Shown: positions 59,965 through 64,000 of the stretch, one piece after another
How the letters are laid out: the number at the start of each line of letters is the position of its first letter
Numbering within the stretch: the stretch's first letter is position 1
Origin: Zygnema circumcarinatum SAG 698-1b
Lineage: Eukaryota; Plantae; Zygnematophyceae
Length of the DNA stretch: 64,000 bases
Direction of reading: 5' to 3'
Assembly (NCBI GenBank): GCA_037447605.1
Contig: CM074804.1
Coordinates: forward strand, 7,169,909-7,233,908
Made by a program: the position numbers and the translations under genes
Notes under the pieces: generated by a model
Databases searched by the model: none
What the model saw: only the letters and a program-made list of their open reading frames with translations
What the model was told of the DNA's origin: nothing

Positions 59965-61101
59965 GGAGGGTAGGCTGGAGTTTACGAGAGGGATATTGTG
60001 AAGGTAACTGCTGAGCTGATGATCGAACAGAGTAGACAAAGCAGGCAAACTTATTGGAATTTATTCTGAAAATGTTCCGGCAGGGAAATGGAGAGGGCCC
60101 CTAGAGTTCATACACCACCACGTGCTAGCTGCAGAATTGGGGGAGCATTGGTCCCTCTTTCTTAGCAGCTAAGGAGGATGGTGTCTACTCTATGTGCCGC
60201 CTTGATCGTCAATAGAGCCCAGCTACGCCCTGCTGTTGGCTCAAAGCCGCCTGCTCTTTGTATTTTCATTGTGAGCTGGAACGTACAAAGTTTGGAATGT
60301 TGGACCTTTTCGTGTGATAGGTGTACAGGTGGCAAGCGGGCGCTCCCACGTTCGGCAATTCAGCAATTACTGTCTAGTGGGTAGTGTAGGCGTAGGCAGC
60401 CGCGGGATGGCTAGAGCAGAAATAGGGCCTTATTTGGGGCTCTCCTATCAATCTCAGCCATCATGCTGCGTGTTGTGGCCCTGCGCTGTGTCCCTCTCTC
60501 GTGAGCATTCACTGAATTGTTGCACAAGCAAAGCCCTGGTTGTCTTCCTTCTGCTCTTGGAACTATTGGCTCTGTGACATTTTTGCAATGCCAAATTTCC
60601 ATTCTCAGCGCTTGCTGCCGCCCCTCCCTCCCTACCTCCACTCATATTGCTGCAAAGAAAAGAATGAAGGAATTTTTGCAGTCAAAAAAGGACCAAGAAG
60701 AGGGCGTTGTAAAACTCCAACACACAGAGTTGGCACGTGCAAGCCTTATCCATGGAAAATTCCCGTTTCGACGCTGTTTGACCAACGGAACGGCGGCGAT
60801 TCGGAGCATGTAACTGTACGGATATGTACGGCCTGCACCGATCCGTCCGGCAGAGAGCTGAACCCCCCACGGCTTTAAATGAGAGAGGGCGAAAACTGCG
60901 ATTGATTGCCTGCTCTCCTGCTCCGTGGTCGCCTGCGTGCCTGCAGAAAAGTTGGGCATACGTTCGTGGGAGAATTCGCTCTTCTCAATATACATCTTTA
61001 ATTTGAGGTTTTTTGCGCTTTTTGTGCTACTCTGGGAGTGGCATAATCAAGGGCTCTGGTTTGACTGACTGACCATTTGGTTATCTTGAAGGACAAAAAA
61101 A

Positions 61102-64000
61102 ATGTCAGTTGAGTTGGAAATTGAGGAGAAGAAGGAGCTCGATTTGGGTAATCCTGACGTCGTCACAAAGTACAAAAATGCAGCCGAAATTGCGAACAGT
61201 AAGGCGGCTTTTGCCCAGCGCGTCCGGATTCTTGGAAGAGCCGCAGTGGTGGTGTTGGTGTCGGAGGTCTTTCCCGGTTTCCTTATCAAATGTGAATTCT
61301 GTTGAGGTTGGGTTGGACAGAAGCACTCGCAGCAGTAATATCTCTTGCAACACCGGGTTCTAAAATTATCGACTTATGCGAGAAGGGAGACAGTACTATC
61401 AACGAGTAAGACGCCATGCAATTCTTTTTGCAGATATTTGTTCTTTTTTATCCGGCTGAATGCAGTTGTGGCAACCGACGCCATTCAATTGCTGCAGAGA
61501 GGTGTGGACTGACACTGCTCAACTGGTCGTATTTGCAGGCTGTGCGGAAATGTGTTCAAAAATGCGAAGAAGAAAATTGAGCGAGGTGTGGCCTTTCCAA
61601 CGTCCATATCAGTGAACAATGTGGTGTGCCATTTCTGTCCAATGCAAGGGGATGAGACAGCACTCGCTGACGGCGACCTTGTCAAAATGTAACGTCCTCT
61701 GTGACTTGTTGCCGCTCGCAATCTAAAAGACTCGTTTGTGGACAGTATATTTGTTTTCAAACTTGACTTTTGTGTCCAAGTCAATTCCTGCTTCTCGTCA
61801 AATTCTTTGAACTGGTACAATTTGCGACTCGAGAAGCTACATTGAAAAGTTTGTGTCCATTAACAGCGACTTTGGAGAACACGAGATAATTTTCGCGTCG
61901 GGGAATGCATCGTTGTTCTCTTTAACTGATTTCAACCCCCGATTGATGTTTTCAGTGACCTTGGCGTTCACATTGACGGCTTTATAGCAGTAGTTGCGCA
62001 TACATTAGTGCTGCAAGACGCTGATACTCCTATCACTGGAAAAGCAGCGAACGTCATAGCGGCTGCTAATACTGCGGCTGAAGTGGCTATTCGGCTGGTC
62101 AGACCGGGCAAGAAGGTGCAGATTTCTGCTTTTCCAACCATCTACTCCCATCTTATGGGGCGCCTTTCAAACTCTTTTTTGGTCATATCTGGATACTGCG
62201 GTACTCGTTAGGTCTTCCTTCTTTGTCCCGCTCCTTATAGGAACAGCCTGTTTCTCTGCATTTCTATTCAAGTCTGAACACTTCGTCGAACTTTACAAGA
62301 ATCTAGGCACGTGAAAGCGCGCTGAGGACTGAGGCTCATCACATATTCATTTTTTTTCTTTTTTAGTCAAATATTCTGTAGTAATTCTTGCTATCTCCTA
62401 CAAGGCTTTCGGAATGATGGAGGTGTTTCGATTCTCTCTTGCGTTGGTAGGCACGTTATTGATTGTTAACTGTTTTTAACTTTTGGTGCAGAATAAGGAG
62501 GTGACAGAAGCACTACAAAAGGTGGCGGCAGCTTACGATTGCAAAGTAGTGGAAGCTGTTCTTAGCCACCAGATGAAGCAGTTTGTTATCGATGGAAACA
62601 AGGTGGTTCTAAACGTTTCCAATGCAGACACACGGGTGGACGACTTTGAGTTTGAAGAGAATGAAGTTTATGCCATTGACGTGGTTATGAGCACAGGGGA
62701 AGGCAAGGTGGGATATACAGGCCTTCTTCTTCCTGACTTTTTCCCTGTTGCAGTTTGCATTCTACTAATATATCAGGTAGGGATGGAGATTAGCGCACTT
62801 AGAGCTTGGGCCTAGCTATGACATCACTTGATACCTTTGCATACTTAGGTTTGATTCTGTGCTGAGTAAATGCTTCTAGCGGTATCCTAGCTTACAGAAA
62901 GTAGTCTTGTTCTTTGTACGTTTCCTTCCATGAATTGTGGGAACCTCCTACCTAGCAGTTGTGTTTAATGTTGCTTCATTGCTGTCGAGGCTCGAATTCA
63001 ATTGAGCTAACCGACCGACATGACGTTTCTTAATAACAGCCAAAATTGCTAGACGAAAGGGAGACGACTATTTACAAGCGAGCGATTGACAGGAGTTACT
63101 CGTTGAAGATGAAGGCATCACGAGCCATCTTCAGTGAGATCAACACAAAATTTGCTGTTATGCCATTCACAGCAAGGTGAGATATTTTTTCTTGCACTGT
63201 CCCACTGGAGTTGAAGTTATCGGTTGCCGATAGGTTTCTATCCATCACTCAATAGGAACACTAACTCGAACAACTGTACAATAATAAGCTTCTTGAACAT
63301 GTTAGTGCTTACGGTCTCTTTCTTCTGATTCTCAGGTACTTGGAGGAAAAGCGAGGTGCCCGATTGGGATTAGTTGAGTGTGTGAACCATGAGCTGCTTC
63401 AACCTTACCCTGTATTGCATGAAAGGCAAGGTAGGGCTTCCGAGGAAACCCGTGGTTCAACGCATGGTTCACTTGAATATTATAAAATAGGAACTTAATA
63501 GACATAATGATCTATTTGTATGGTGCTTTTGTAATAGCACGATTTCAGCCATGCATGACGTAGCAATGATTCTTACATGGAAGTCGTGACATCATTCTCC
63601 TTCTGGAACAGGTGACCTGGTTGCACAGTTCAAATTTACCGTTCTCCTCATGCCAAACGGTTCAGACAGAGTCACGGGCGCTCCCGTCCAAGCCTTGCAA
63701 CCCTCGAAAACCATTGAGGATCCTGACATTAAAACATATTTGGCACTCGGACTCAAGTCCAAGAAAAAGGGAGGAGGCAAAAGGAAGAACAAAGGTACTT
63801 GTCGCCAGCTTCTCACCCGGATCAACTTGCAAGTGCCTGTTGTGCTTTCTGAGCATATGATGCAGCTGAAGGAAACAACCGAAGGAACTCAATCTGTATA
63901 GAGTGACGTCAGAAGTGTACGGGAGTTAACGTGTTGACTTCTTTGGTGGATCTCACAGTAAATGCTGGTTGATGTGGTCTCCTCTTCAGGTTTACGAGGG
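61102..64000 (+). CDS. EBP1: ERBB3-binding protein 1 / PA2G4 (M24 peptidase fold), truncated by the window edge
   Basis: [128 protein letters not shown], Lys-rich tail. A new exon starts at about 63990. Confidence 0.96.

Overview
Eukaryotic nuclear DNA from a gene-dense, intron-rich green-plant (streptophyte-like) genome. The species cannot be determined. TTG/GTG starts in the ORF track are not valid eukaryotic starts, so I rebuilt gene models by hand from GT..AG junctions and reading-frame continuity. Genes: NYN/OHA/3xLOTUS protein (-), adenylate kinase (-), reticulon (-), RBM19/MRD1 (-), dihydrodipicolinate reductase (+), TADA1 (+), GNAT acetyltransferase (-), two TGS1 genes (-), RFC3 (+), PFA-DSP/SIW14-type phosphatase (+), large GYF protein (+), and EBP1/PA2G4 (+, runs off the right edge). 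Main observations: (1) A tandem partial duplication of TGS1 made an intact 5-exon, 346-aa chimeric gene: the methyltransferase domain fused to a new basic N-terminus with its own upstream region. (2) Three non-autonomous DNA transposons are nested inside each other, each with TIRs and a TSD. (3) The NYN domain has lost most of its catalytic aspartates. (4) The phosphatase gene has a U12-type intron. (5) The RBM19 start codon appears to be split by an intron. (6) GC-rich, ACGT-box-rich islands recur upstream of genes. No tRNA, rRNA or CRISPR array is supported.
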